Assembly: GCF_964188315.1 (NCBI RefSeq)
Contig: NC_135672.1
Location: forward strand, 10,106,001-10,170,000
DNA: 64,000 bases
From: Podarcis muralis
Lineage: Eukaryota
Direction of reading: 5' to 3'
Shown: piece after piece, positions 11,954-23,625 of the stretch
Numbering within the stretch: the first letter of the stretch is position 1
How the letters are laid out: the number at the start of each line of letters is the position of its first letter
Notes under the pieces: model-generated
What the model saw: the letters and a program-made list of their open reading frames with translations, nothing else
Database searches by the model: none
What the model was told of the DNA's origin: nothing
Position numbers and translations under genes: made by a program

Positions 11954-12606
11954 CCATACAGCATATATTCAACACACAAAAAACAGCGACCATTTGTTGT
12001 TGACAAAGGACAGCTGGACCTAGAAGGGGCCCCATTACCTTCAGTAGCTTAGGGCCTCCTCAAACCTAAATCCGGCCCTGGTCAGAGATGCCTCACTGAC
12101 AAAAATGCACGCAGGTCCTTTAATCTCAATGGGACTACTCAGAGCAGTACTAAAGTTGGATACTTTTTTCGGTAAGGGCTTCCAGGTGCAGAGAGACGTT
12201 TTGTGGGCCCCATCTCTGGAAATTGTCATGGAGACTTGAATCCTGACAGCTATTCATGCCAGCTGTCAAATGTTCATCTCGTCTCCATTGCAGTCATGTT
12301 CATTTGTTTTGTAAGCAAAGCTCCGTTAACTTTGAGAACATGTACATCCCTCTATTCCTTTTCATGTGCTAATTTTAACCGTGCCGTCTGTGTTTTTAGG
12401 AAAGTTTGGCCTGTGCTTCGTCGCTTCATCCCGCTGCGCCGCAAGCGCTCTTCTGTTCCGACTTTGGATGAAACGCACACACCTTCCAGCACATCTGTCC
12501 ACATCTGGACAGCTCATTTGAACTTCCTGGAAGAAATGTTCAGAAGCATTTTGGAAGCTTCCCAGCCCGTTGCATGGCTGCTAGCACTGCTGCATCTGAA
12601 GTAAGT

Positions 12607-12608
<2 letters not shown>

Positions 12609-12641
<33 letters not shown>
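12609..12641. repeat. (TG)n microsatellite
   Basis: Direct reading. Confidence 0.95.
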
Positions 12642-12642
<1 letters not shown>

Positions 12643-12722
12643 TTTAGAGGCAGCCATGTGGGCAAGATGGCCTCAGTAGGGCCCTCTCCCTAAGCATGCC
12701 CCCTCCTCCTTGACACTGTAAT

Positions 12723-13097
12723 AAATAATAATAATAATTTATTATTTATACCCCGCCCATCTGACTGGGTTTCCCCAGCCACTCTGGGCAGCCTCCAACA
12801 AAACACTAAAATACAATAACCTATTAAACATTAAAAGCTTCCCTAAACAAGGCTGCCTTCAGATGTCTTCTAAAAGTTTGGTAGTTCTTTTTCTCTTTGA
12901 CATCTGATGTGAGGGCGTTCCACACGGTGGGCGCCACCACCGAGAAGGCCCTCTGCCTGGTTCCCTGTAACTTGGCTTCTCGCAGGGAGGGAACCGCCAG
13001 AAGGCCCCCGGGAGATGGACCCCGGTGTCCGGGCAGAACGCTGGAGGTGGAGACACTCCTTCAGGTATACTGGACCGAGGCTGTTTAGGGCTTTTAG
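12723..13097 (-). mobile_element. L2 3' end with (ATT)n tail
   Basis: Matches the 3' ends of the 39046 and 46500 copies. Confidence 0.87.
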
Positions 13098-13323
13098 ATG
13101 AATTCGGCTGGATCAAACTTCATTACCCAGATCACTTGGGAAAGTGTGTGTGTGTGTGTGCGCACATGTGCATGTGAAAGCACCTCACAAATGGCTGTTA
13201 ATCACTGCAAACAACTGCCACCCACCCACTCAGGCAACAACAGCCCACATAGAAGCCACAACTTCCTCCCCAAGCCTTGCTCTTCTACCTTACAGGTAAC
13301 CACTCGGCGGTTCAACTACTCAC

Positions 13324-13434
13324 GTCTGTTTTTCAACCTCTGGTGGAAGGAGTAAGCTGGACTGGTGAATCGAGTGTAGTCGTGGTTGACAAACCCAACT
13401 GTGGGGGGCAAGGTGTAGCATCCTGGTCCGGGGC
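13324..13434 (-). CDS. CIMAP1D: CIMAP1D/ODF3L2 coding exon 2
   Basis: [30 protein letters not shown] resembles ODF3L2 [30 protein letters not shown]. Less common AAG acceptor after a long pyrimidine tract; donor C|gtgagt. Confidence 0.9.
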
Positions 13435-13499
13435 CTTGCATGGTAAACAAGGAGGGGGGGAAAAACATTTTAGAAACAAGTTTCAGTGAATAAGAATGC

Positions 13500-13742
13500 G
13501 CCCAGCTTCTGGCGCAACGGGACACCGTGACGGAAACCAGAGCGCACGGAGACACCGTTTACCTTCCCGCTGCAGTGGTACCTATTTATCTACTTGCACC
13601 GGTGTGCTTTTGAATTACTAGGTTGGCAGGAGCTGGAACGGGGCAACGGGAGCTCACCCCTTCGTAGGGATTCGAACCGCTGACCTTCCGATCAGCAAGC
13701 CCAAGAGGCTCAGTGGTTTAGACCACAGCGCCACCCGCGTCT
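13500..13742 (-). mobile_element. Sauria SINE, partial
   Basis: Consensus match, 5' two-thirds. Confidence 0.85.
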
Positions 13743-13749
13743 TTGGAAT

Positions 13750-14079
13750 GTTGCTGTTGTTGTTTAGTCGTTTAGTCGTGTCCGCCTCTTCATGACCCCC
13801 TGGACCAGAGCATGCCAGGCCCTCCTGTCTTCCACTGCCTCCCGCAGTTGGGTCAAACTCATGCTGGTAGCTTCGAGAACACTGTCCCACCATCTCGTCC
13901 TCTGTCGCCCCCTTCTCCTTGTGCTCTCCATCTTTCCCAACATCAGGGTCTTTTCCAGGGAGTCTTCTCTTCTCATGAGGTGGCCAAAGTCTTGGAGCCT
14001 CAGCTTCAGGATCTGTCCTTCCAGTGAGCACTCAGGGCTGATTTCCTTCCGAATGGAGATGTTTGATCTTCTTGCAGTC
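13750..14079 (-). mobile_element. Bov-B 3' fragment
   Basis: RREDSLEKTLMLGK; (AAC)n tail. Confidence 0.92.
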
Positions 14080-14513
14080 CTTCTTGCAGGGTATAAGAAA
14101 TTATTATTATGATTACCCAGTGTGTCATTACAGATTTAACCTGTTCATCTTTAGTCTGCCATTCCAGAAGCAAACTTTAAAACTTCTGAAATGCTGGACC
14201 AGCTGCCCATAATATGAGTAGGGAGCGCATAGTGCTCCTCTGCTGCCACGCAGCTTTCATCCTAAGCCTCTGCGGAGATCACTCTCCTCCCACGAAAGCT
14301 TGGGAAGGAAGCTGCACGCCTCCCGCCAGCCATATAGTTGGCGTGTGCAGCTGGCTGGCATGCAGGGAAAGGGGAGGCTGCCAGCAAAAGGCGCAACTCC
14401 CCCACTTGCTAGGGTGCCCCTGAGAGGCCGGCGCCCTGGCGCGACACACAACTAACACCAATGGGAAAGACGGCTCTGCTTAGCAGTTTAGTACGTTGCC
14501 ATGTTCAGTATAA

Positions 14514-14876
14514 GGGATGCGGGTGGCACTGTGGGTTAAACCACAGAGCCTAGGACTTGCCGATCAGAAGGTCGGCGGTTCGAATCCCCGCAATGACGGG
14601 GTGAGCTCCCGTTGCTTGGTCCCTGCTCCTGCCCACCTAGCAGTTCAAAAGCATGTCAAAGTGCAAGAAGATCAATAGGTACCACTCCGGCGGGAAGGTA
14701 AACGGCGTTTCCGTGCGCTGCTCTGGTGCGCCAGAAGCGGCTTAGTCCTGCTGGCCACATGACCCGGAAGCTGTACGCCGGCTCCCTTGGCCAATAAAGT
14801 GAGATGTGCGCCGCAACCCCAGAGTTCGCCATGACTGGACCTAATGGTCATGGGTCCCTTTACCTTTACCTTTACG
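14514..14876 (+). mobile_element. Sauria SINE
   Basis: Consensus match; lies just inside CIMAP1D intron 1. Confidence 0.9.
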
Positions 14877-14911
14877 TTCAGTATAAACAAATAAGCAACG
14901 GTCCTCCATAC

Positions 14912-14963
14912 CAGTCTCGCGAGCAGCAATCGCTGGCGTCTTTTTCAGTCCGGAGTCTTCCAT
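14912..14963 (-). CDS. CIMAP1D: CIMAP1D/ODF3L2 coding exon 1 (MEDSGLKKTPAIAARET-G)
   Basis: Good Kozak context (ccaagATGG), ODF3-family PxIAA motif, donor G|gtatgg, phase 1 matching the next exon. Confidence 0.8.
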
Positions 14964-15796
14964 CTTGGATCCACAAATATGGTGTTCGTCGGGGGTCAAT
15001 AATGCTTTCTTGTGTCTCTTCCTCCCAACCCAGGAAAAACACACACACTCACACCCTTCTTGCCAGTAAGACACAAATGTTTTGACGAGGGAGGGTTTTG
15101 CACACATAGGGAATAGTTTCTCTCTCTCTCTCCCCAGGTGGACCGGCCCGCGGCGAGGAAGAAGAGAAGAGAGTTTGCGCCTGCTCCCGTCTCGCTGTCA
15201 GGGACGGGGATATGTCATTCGGGTTGCCGGCGATCTGCCGATAAAAGGATGCTCTGAAACGGGATACACAGCAGGTGGCCAGAGCGAGATTGTCTCTGTA
15301 AATGTATCTTCCCGATCTTTCCGAAGAGAGCGATAGGGTGGCACAAAAGGAACGTTGGCGCAGACAGCTGAAATACCCTCGGGGAGCTGGGCCGCTCCGT
15401 GTTTCTAGACATTGCGCTCGTGAAATGCTTCTGCCGGGTGAGCGGCAGGTAAACAAAGAGAACGTCAAAAGAGCTCCCTGCTGGATCAAGCCGACGGGCC
15501 ACCAAGTCCGGCATTCTCTTCTCACAGTGCCTGGGGGGGAACCCACAGCAGGATTCGAACGCAGCTCTCGCCTCCTGCGGTTTCCGGCAACTGGGATTCG
15601 GAAGACTTGGCGCCCCCAACTGCGGAGGCAGAACAGAGGCGTCGGGAGGAAGTCCACAATAACTCGCAAGATGTCGGCGAAGTTAACTATTCAAAGAAAC
15701 GAAACAACTCAGAGCACGTGAGCACAGTGACTCTTCCCCAACGAGGCCCTTGCGAAGGCTGAAGGTCTCCGCCTTGCCACCGCTCTCTACGTCCCT

Positions 15797-16160
15797 TGGG
15801 ATGTGGGTGGCGCTGTGGTCTAAACCACTGAGCCTCTTGGGCTTGCCGATCGGAAGGTCGGCGGTTCGAATCCCATTGCTCTGTCTCAGCTCCTGCCAAC
15901 CTAGCAGTTCGGAAGCACACCAGCGCAAGTAGATAAATAGGTACCGCTCCGGCGGGAAGGTAAACGGTGTTTCCGTGTGCTCTGGTTTCCGTCACGGTGT
16001 CCAGTTGTGCCAGAAGCGGTTTAGTCCTGCTGGCCACATGACTCAGAAAGCTGTCTGTGGACAAACGCTGGCTCCCTCGGCCTGAAAGCGAGATGAGCGC
16101 CACAACCCCATAGTCGCCTTTGACTGGACTTAGCCGTCCAGGGGTCCTTTACCTTTTACC
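15797..16160 (+). mobile_element. Sauria SINE
   Basis: Consensus match. Confidence 0.9.
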
Positions 16161-16429
16161 TAAGTCCCTTCCTCCCCCAGTTCCTTTCCAAGAAATCTGA
16201 GGCTCCTTCGTCTTGTCTGTCTTTGCTCTGCCCTCTTCACCCCTCTTCTGATTCCGGGACACATGGAAGGGGGGAGAGCTGGTCATAGCAGGAAGAGGCT
16301 AACCACCCTGACCCATCCCTGCTTTGTAGCAGAGCTGCCTGCTCTTCATTTGACAGAAATGGACGCAAAACGGATTGGTGGTGTTCAGAGGAGACCTCGT
16401 TCTCTTTGAGCAATAAACCTGTGAGAGAA

Positions 16430-16560
16430 ATTGATTGGTTTCATTGATTATTGGCACGCCCCCAGTCTAGATTCGCATCTTGTCTTTCGAGAAAGTTTCA
16501 AGGCAGCTACCAATCAAATTCACATCGCGGCTATTGCGCTAAACGGGAGAAATCTATTTT
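16430..16560 (-). promoter_or_regulatory. Candidate CIMAP1D promoter (three CCAAT boxes)
   Basis: ATTGG at 16434 and 16450, CCAAT at 16510, about 1.5 kb upstream of the ATG in unique sequence. Confidence 0.35.
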
Positions 16561-17329
16561 TGTAATTGATGTCCACCTTTTCTTTAAAAAAAGAGGATTA
16601 TATCACATGTCCAGTCTTGTTGCACTAATGGAAGGATGCAAAGGTTCGGGGGAGACAAAAGGTTGTTTATTATCATCATCATTATTGATTGTATATAAGT
16701 CTCCATGGAAGCCTTGCAGCGTCGGGCAAAAACATAATTTCTGGCTTAGACCCTGCTCTGCCTTCATGAGGGAAGCCCAAAGAAAATTGGGAGTTGGAGA
16801 GTGGGGAATATTAACAAAGAATCAATGTTACTCAATGTAATCCAAGAGAGGCAGTGCTGCACAATGTTTGGAGCAGGGGTGGGGAAACTTTTTTCCATGC
16901 AGGGGCCATATTGTCTTGTATGGAACCTTCTGAGGGCCACATGCCCTGGTGGGTGGAGCCAGAGGCCAAAGGAGGCGGGCCAAAGGGTGTGGCTTTTGTA
17001 CTGTTCGACCAAAGTTGTTGAAGCTTTCGAGCTTTTTCTGAGCCATGTCTGGGAAATTTCAGACGTATGACAACCCTAGAGAGGAGGGGAGATTTCAGTG
17101 GGGGCCGGATTCAGCATGGATGACTCCTTACCTCGCTAGCTAAGACTCCAAACACCTACCCCCAACCCCAGGCCTGTGAAACCAAGCAATACGGTTCTGA
17201 GTTCAAGTTGCGGCAAACTGCATTAGGAGAGAGTTACTGGATGGCTACCGTGAGAATATGGTGGACTAGAGGGGCTTGTTTTCAGGTTTTTGTACATTCT
17301 TATATCGGCAGCCACCTAGCGCCCTAATG

Positions 17330-17682
17330 GGACACGGGTGGCGCTGTGGGTTAAACCACAGAGCCTAGGACTTGCCGATCAGAAGGTCGGCGGTTCGAAT
17401 CCCCGCAATGACGGGGTGAGCTCCCATTGCTCGGTCCCTGCTCCTGCCAACCTAGCAGTTCGAAAGCACCTCAAAGTGCAAGTAGATAAATAGGTACTGC
17501 TCCGGCGGGAAGGTAAACGGCGTTTCCGTGCGCTGCTCTTGTTCGCCAGAAGCGGCTTAGTCCTGCTGGCCACATGACCCAGAAGCTGTACGCCGGCTCC
17601 CTCGGCCAGTAAAGCGAGATGAGTGCCGCAACCCCAGAGTCGGCCACGACTGGACCTAATGGTCAGGGGTCCCTTTACCTTT
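17330..17682 (+). mobile_element. Sauria SINE
   Basis: Consensus match. Confidence 0.9.
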
Positions 17683-18329
17683 AGCGCCCTAATATTATTG
17701 ATACTGGGGTAGAGGCAGAGATTTTCCTCTTTATCAAATCGGATATTAACCGATCTGTGGCGCGGTCTCTTACGCCATTACTTCATTTATTTATTTTGAC
17801 ATTTACGCCTCCCTTGTTATGCCTAATGATTTCCTTCTGAAGAGATCTGCTCCTGTTTCAGCTCACCAACTGCCGGCGTGATGCCGCCCCAGCTCTAATT
17901 TAATTCTAATTACTGCTATTAATGCTAATTAGGACCACTAATACTTGGCACCGATATAGAACTTTTAAAAGTGCTTCGCATGCATTCCGTTATAAGGTGA
18001 CTGTTTCTCTTGCAAACGGGCAGCTGTGTGTTTTGATCTCTGCCTGTTTTAGGATCTCATTTGGCCGAGACCTTGTTGTTGTTGAGTCATTTAGTCATGT
18101 CCGCCTCTTCGTGACCCCCTGGACCAGAGCACGCCAGGCCCTCCTGTCTCCCACTGCCTCCCGCAGTTTGGTCAAACTCCTGCTGGTAACTTCGAGAACA
18201 CTGTCCCACCATCTCGTCCTCCGTCGTCCCCTTCTCCTTGCGCCCTCCATCTTTCCCAACATCAGGGTCTTTTCCAGGGAGTCTTCTCTTCTCATGAGGT
18301 GGCCAAAGTCTTGGAGCCTCAGCTTCAGG

Positions 18330-18462
18330 NNNNNNNNNNNNNNNNNNNNNNNNNNNNNNNNNNNNNNNNNNNNNNNNNNNNNNNNNNNNNNNNNNNNNNN
18401 NNNNNNNNNNNNNNNNNNNNNNNNNNNNNNNNNNNNNNNNNNNNNNNNNNNNNNNNNNNNNN
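18330..18462. other. Assembly gap (133 N)
   Basis: Run of N. Confidence 1.
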
Positions 18463-18682
18463 CGCTTTATCACTACCCGAAGGAGTCTCAAAGCGGCTAA
18501 CATTCTCCTTTCCCTTCCTCCCCCACAACAAACACTCTGTGAGGTGAGTGGGGCTGAGAGACTACAAAGAAGAGTGACTAGCCCAAGGTCACCCAGCAGC
18601 TGCATGTGGAGGAGCAGGGAATCGAACCCGGTTCACCAGATTACGAGTCTACCGCTCTTAACCACTACACCACACTGGCTCT
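18463..18682 (-). mobile_element. Squam3-type SINE inserted in Bov-B; its 3' end falls in the gap
   Basis: Reverse complement of the 11670 copy. Confidence 0.8.
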
Positions 18683-20190
18683 GAGTGAGCACTCAGGGCT
18701 GATTTCCTTAAGAATGGAGAGGTTTGATCTTCTTGAAGTCCATGGGACTCTCAAGAGTCTCCTCCAGCACCAGAATTCAAAAGCATCCATTCTTCAGCGA
18801 TCAGCCTTCTTGATGGTCCAGCTCTCCCTTCCATACATCACTACTGGGAAAACCATAGCTTTAACTATACAGACCTTTGTTGGCAAGGTGATGTCTCTGC
18901 TTTTTAAGATGCTGTCTAGGTTTGTCATCACCTTTCTCCAAAGAAGCAGGCATCTTTTAATTTCGTGCCTGCTGTCACCATCTGCAGTGATCATGGAGCC
19001 CAAGAAAGTAAAATCTCTCACTGCCTCCATTTCTTCCCCTTCTATTTGCCAGGAGGTGATGGGACCAGTGGCCATGATCTTGGTTTTTTTGATGTTGAGC
19101 TTCAGACCATATTTGGCGCTCTCCTCTTTCACCCTCATTAAAAGGTTCTTTTAACATCTGGGAGGAGCCAACACCAAAAAGGCCCTCTCTCGTGTCCCCA
19201 CCCAACGCACTTGTGAGGGTGGTAGGACTGAGAACGGTGTCTCCCCTGAAGATCTTAGAGCCCAGGCAGGGAGAATAACGGTCTTTCTGACAGCCTAGGG
19301 CCCGAGTGGTTTTTGGCCAAGCTAGCTGCGGTTGATGAGGAGTTTGGAGTCCGGCAAGATATGGAGGTGGGGGCACCGACTTGGGGAAGCCCGGTCAGCC
19401 CTCCTTCCCCACCCCACCAAACCTACCGAGCATCTTCCAATTAGCAGCTTCGTCAGCGTTGACGCCAATCTACTGAAAGAAAACCTCGCGCGGAGCCCTC
19501 GGAAACTTCACCCCCGGGGGCATTCATTAAAAGTTTTAAAACACCTTGCTCTAGTGGTGTGCTCCCCTCCTTTCTTCTCTCGGCTTGGGCTCTGGCACTG
19601 CTGCCAATTTAGCTAATTGGAAGGCTTGAGGCCTGACAGGCGGGCGACGTTCCTTATCCTCTGGCATTCTTTGTCCTGCGGGCCCTGTGGCAGATTCGGC
19701 AGCCAACTCCCATTGCCGCTGCTTTTACTGAAGTCAACTTGAAGCCACTCTGTGTGTGTGTGTGTTTTTCTCGCCTTGTTTACTTATTAAAGGGGAATAT
19801 AGGCAGCGGATCTTCCCCCGCTATTAAGCTGGAGTTGGGCGTTAATTTTGAGGTTAGACTCATCGCAGAGGCTGGCATAGCAGGTGGAATGGCGGCTGTC
19901 TTCAGGGATCTCCCTGCTGCCCACGAAACCTCTCAGTAACACCGTCACCCTCCAAATACAACATGGTTCAACCCCCTTCTCCTACAACGACCCTGCGAGG
20001 AAGGCGAAAAGGCTGTGACTGACTCATTCATTCATTCATTCATTGACTCCAAAGTCAGCCCCGAGAGCTTCAGGATGAAGTGGGGATTCGAACCCTGATC
20101 TCCCAGGTCCTAGTCCGACACTCTAACCACTACACCACCCTGCCTTCCTGGAGTCCAGCTCTATAAATGAAGTTAGGGACTCACGGTGGC

Positions 20191-20921
20191 TGTCACGGTC
20201 CGGTCTACGGGCGATCGAAGTCCCGGCTGAGGACGTCGGGACCGGGTGCAAGATGGCGGGGTGGGAGCAGGAACGAGAGTCCAGAAGGCAGGGGTCCGAG
20301 GGTCGGGAAGCAGGGAGTCACGAAGTCAAGGGTCCGAGGGTCGAGGAGCAGGGAGTCACGAAGTCAAGGGTCCGAGGGTCGAGGAGCAGGGAGTCACGAA
20401 GTCAAGGGTCCGAGGGTCAAGAAGCAGGGAGTCACGAAGTCAAGGGTCTGAGGGTCAAGGAGCAGGGAGTCACGAAGTCAAGGGTCCGAGGGTCGAGGAG
20501 CAAGGAGTCACGAAGTCAAGGGTCTGAGGGTTGAGGAGCAGGGAGTCACGAAGTCAAGAGTCTGAGGGTCGAGGAGCAGGGAGTCATGAAGTCAAGGGTC
20601 CGAGGGTCGAGGAGCAAGGAGTCACGAAGTCAAGGGTCCAAGGGTCAAGAAGCAAGGAGTCACGAAGTCAAGGGTCCAAGGGTCAAGAAGCAAGGAGTCC
20701 CGAAGTCAAGGGTCCAAGGGTCGAGGAGCAGGGAGTCACAAAATAAGGGGTCTGAAGGTTGAGAAGCAAGGAGTCAAACGCAGCAAGGCAGGGAACATGT
20801 TGCTGTGGCAAAAAGAGCCGAAGGGAAATGCTGACCTTATATCCAGAACAAACTTAGGAAGGCCCCAGTCCTGCGAAGCCCTACTGGTCACAGGGCCTAG
20901 CTCCTGCACGCACTCCTGGCA
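20191..20921. mobile_element. Putative Gypsy-type solo LTR inserted in a Sauria SINE
   Basis: TGTCACGG...CCTGGCA termini; flanks GTGGC/TTGGC form an imperfect 5-bp TSD; it splits the SINE head. Confidence 0.65.
20292..20775. repeat. 38-bp tandem repeat, about 12-13 copies, inside an LTR-like element
   Basis: Unit GGGTCCGAGGGTCGAGGAGCAGGGAGTCACGAAGTCAA. Confidence 0.95.
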
Positions 20922-22397
20922 TTGGCGCTGTGGTTTAAACCACTGAGCCTCTTGGGCTTGCTGATCAGGAGGTCGGCGGTTCGAATCCCTGTGATGGAGT
21001 GAACTCCCGTTGCTCCATCCCAGCTCCTGCCAACCTAGCAGTTTGAAAGCACACCAGCGCAAGTAGATAAATAGGTAACACTGCGGCAGGAAGGTAAACG
21101 GCATTTCCGTGCACTCTGGTTTCAGCCACGGTGTCCTGTTGCGCCAGAAGCGGTTTAGTCCTGCTGGCCACATGACCCGGAAAGCTGTCTGTGGACAAAC
21201 ACCGGCTCCCTCGGCCTGAAAGCGAGATGAGCGCCGCAACCCCAGAGTCGCCTTTGACTGGACTTAACCGTCCAGCGGTCCTTTACCTTTTTTATATATA
21301 AATGAAGCAGGCATTTATATAGTAGGCATTTAAAGCAAAATGTCACTCTGATATATTTTCCTTGAAGCTCTGTTTTGTTCCAGATTGCTTTATTTGAGCT
21401 TTTCATGTGCTGTAAACCGCCGTGAGATTTTTTTTCTTTAAAATATAAAACGGTATAGATATGTAATGAATAATAGCAGCAGCAGCAACAATAACAAAAA
21501 GTAATAAATGTCGCAGCAAAAAAAAAAGTTGCCTAGACATTTGCATTGTGGCTTAACAACAACAACTGTATGTACATGGGCATCATTTTTAATGATTTCT
21601 ATTTTGCAGTTTTACACAAATTTAATTTGGCAAGCAAAAGCAAATTATATTAATTATATGTTTTTTGTGGGTTTATTTTTATTTATTTTTTTAATTCCCA
21701 AGTCGTGTTACAACTTTTTAGCATTCGTTGTTTTTGGAATTTGTGCACTAGTGCCCCCCAGAGGACAGTTTGAGCATAGCCGCTCAGAAACTTGACAAAA
21801 CCTTTTGAATGGCAATAACCTTTTTTAATCACCGCAGCCCTAATAAATATAGATTTGATGAATCAGTTGGAAATGTTAGTTGGCTGAAAGCTGGATTTTA
21901 ATGAACCATACTGAGAGGGAGGGAGAGGGAGACACACGCAGAGAAACGTTTATGAAAAGCTTTAGATGGCATGATAGACTTCGTGATTAGTAAACTTTCT
22001 TCCTTCCTTCCTTCTTTCAGATATGGTGACCAGAACCTCACACAATGGATTGTCTCTACTCTTAGCCCTACCCGGAGTAGGCTTACTGAAAAGAACAGAG
22101 ATAGCTAACTTGAGCCCATTAATTTCAACAGGCCTACTTTGAGTAGAAGCGACATTACATACACCTCAGAATTTGTAGGAAGGGATTGCAATACTGGTAT
22201 GTATGTACGTGTGTATGTATTTATTTATATGCTTCCTTTCCCAATTATCCCAATTATAACTGGGAGCGGCTGCCAAGACCACATAACACCGGTCCTGAAA
22301 GACCTACTGTTATGTACTGAACTTCTCACCCTGGGATACTGTGGATAGTTTTCAGTGATTGGATAGTTACAGAAAGTTGTTACGGTTGCATGGTAAA

Positions 22398-22745
22398 AAA
22401 GTTAAAGGGACCCCTGACCATTAGGTCCAGTCGTGGCCGACTCTGGGGTTGCGGCGCTCATCTCGCTTTACTGGCCGAGGGAGCCGGCGTACAGCTTCCG
22501 GGTCATGTGGCCAGCAGGACTAAGCCGCTTCTGGAGAACCACAGCAGCGCACGGAAACGGCGTTTACCTTCCCGCTGGAGTGGTACCTATTGATTTACTT
22601 GCATTTTGATGTGCTTTTGAACTGCTAGGTTGGCAGGAGCAGGGACCAAGCAACGGGAGCTCACCCAGTCGCGGGGATTCGAACCGCCGACCTTCTGATC
22701 GGCAAGTCCTAGGCTCTGTGGTTTAGACCACAGCGCCACCCATGT
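22398..22745 (-). mobile_element. Sauria SINE
   Basis: Consensus match. Confidence 0.9.
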
Positions 22746-23294
22746 GGTACTGGAGCTCTATGTAAGCAGGCTGGCTGAACCCTTCAGTTCAGTCCTGTTC
22801 TGTTCTGGCCTGTGAATAAACAAGAGCTGTTTGAAGAATCGCTGTGTTGTCTGATATGTTCACCCACAACTTAACACCTACATTGGCTCCCAGGACGTTT
22901 CCGAGCACAATTCAAAGTGTTGGTGCTGACCTTGAAAGCCCTAAACAGCCCAGTATCCCTGAAGGAGCGTCTCCACCCTCATCATCCAGCCCGGTCACTG
23001 AGGTCCAGCTCCAAGCGCCTTCTGGCGGTTCTCTCCCTGGGAGAAGTGAGGTTGCATAATTCCTAGCAGGAAGCTTCAGGTTTTTTTAGGGGTAAACAGT
23101 TAAAATCGCTAGTAGGGTTGTAATATCACCTGTAGTTTAAGGCTGAATTCTGGACATAATGGAAGAGGCTAAAGGGTTTGGATTATCATAAAAGATGCGG
23201 GAGGAAAGGATTACTGTAATAATAGGACCTACGAAGGAGAGGATGGGAGTCCAGGAGATTCCTTGGAATCCTGTCTTTATGATTTATGTTTGAT

Positions 23295-23625
23295 AAAAGG
23301 TAAAGGGACCCCTGACCATTAGATCCAGTCATGGCAGACTCTGGGGTTGCGGTGCTCATCTCGCTTTATTGGCCGAGGGAGCCAGCGTTCAGCTTCCGGG
23401 TTATGTGGCCAGCAGGACTAAGCCGCTTCTGGCGAACCAGAGCAGCGCACAGAAACGCTGTTTACCTTCCCGCCAGAGCGGTACCTATTTATCTACTTGC
23501 GCTTTGACATGCTTTCAAACTGCCAGGTGGGCAGGAGCAGGGACCGAGCAACGGGAGCTCACCCCGTCGCGGGGATTCGAACTGCCGACCTTCTGATCGG
23601 CAAGTCCTAGGCTCTACCCACAGCT
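23295..23625 (-). mobile_element. Sauria SINE
   Basis: Consensus match. Confidence 0.9.

Larger units (their letters stand above)
18073..19152 (-). mobile_element. Bov-B 3' fragment interrupted by a SINE and an assembly gap
   Basis: RT C-terminal peptide KYGLKLNIKKTKIM...FTFLGS; sequence is continuous across the SINE. Confidence 0.92.
20176..21290 (+). mobile_element. Sauria SINE interrupted by the LTR-like insertion
   Basis: Head GGGACTCACGGTGGC at 20176-20190 resumes as TTGGCGCTGTGG at 20922; TSD TATAAATGAAG. Confidence 0.8.

Noticed and set aside
15049-15721. 206-aa minus and 139-aa plus ORFs upstream of CIMAP1D
   Set aside because: Non-ATG or weak starts, no recognisable domain, not needed for the complete 253-aa CDS.
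17922-18605. ORFs spanning the N run
   Set aside because: Artefacts of the assembly gap within Bov-B and SINE sequence.
20167-20746. Repetitive ORFs (GVTKSRVRGSRSRESRSQGSEG)
   Set aside because: Translation of the 38-bp tandem repeat.
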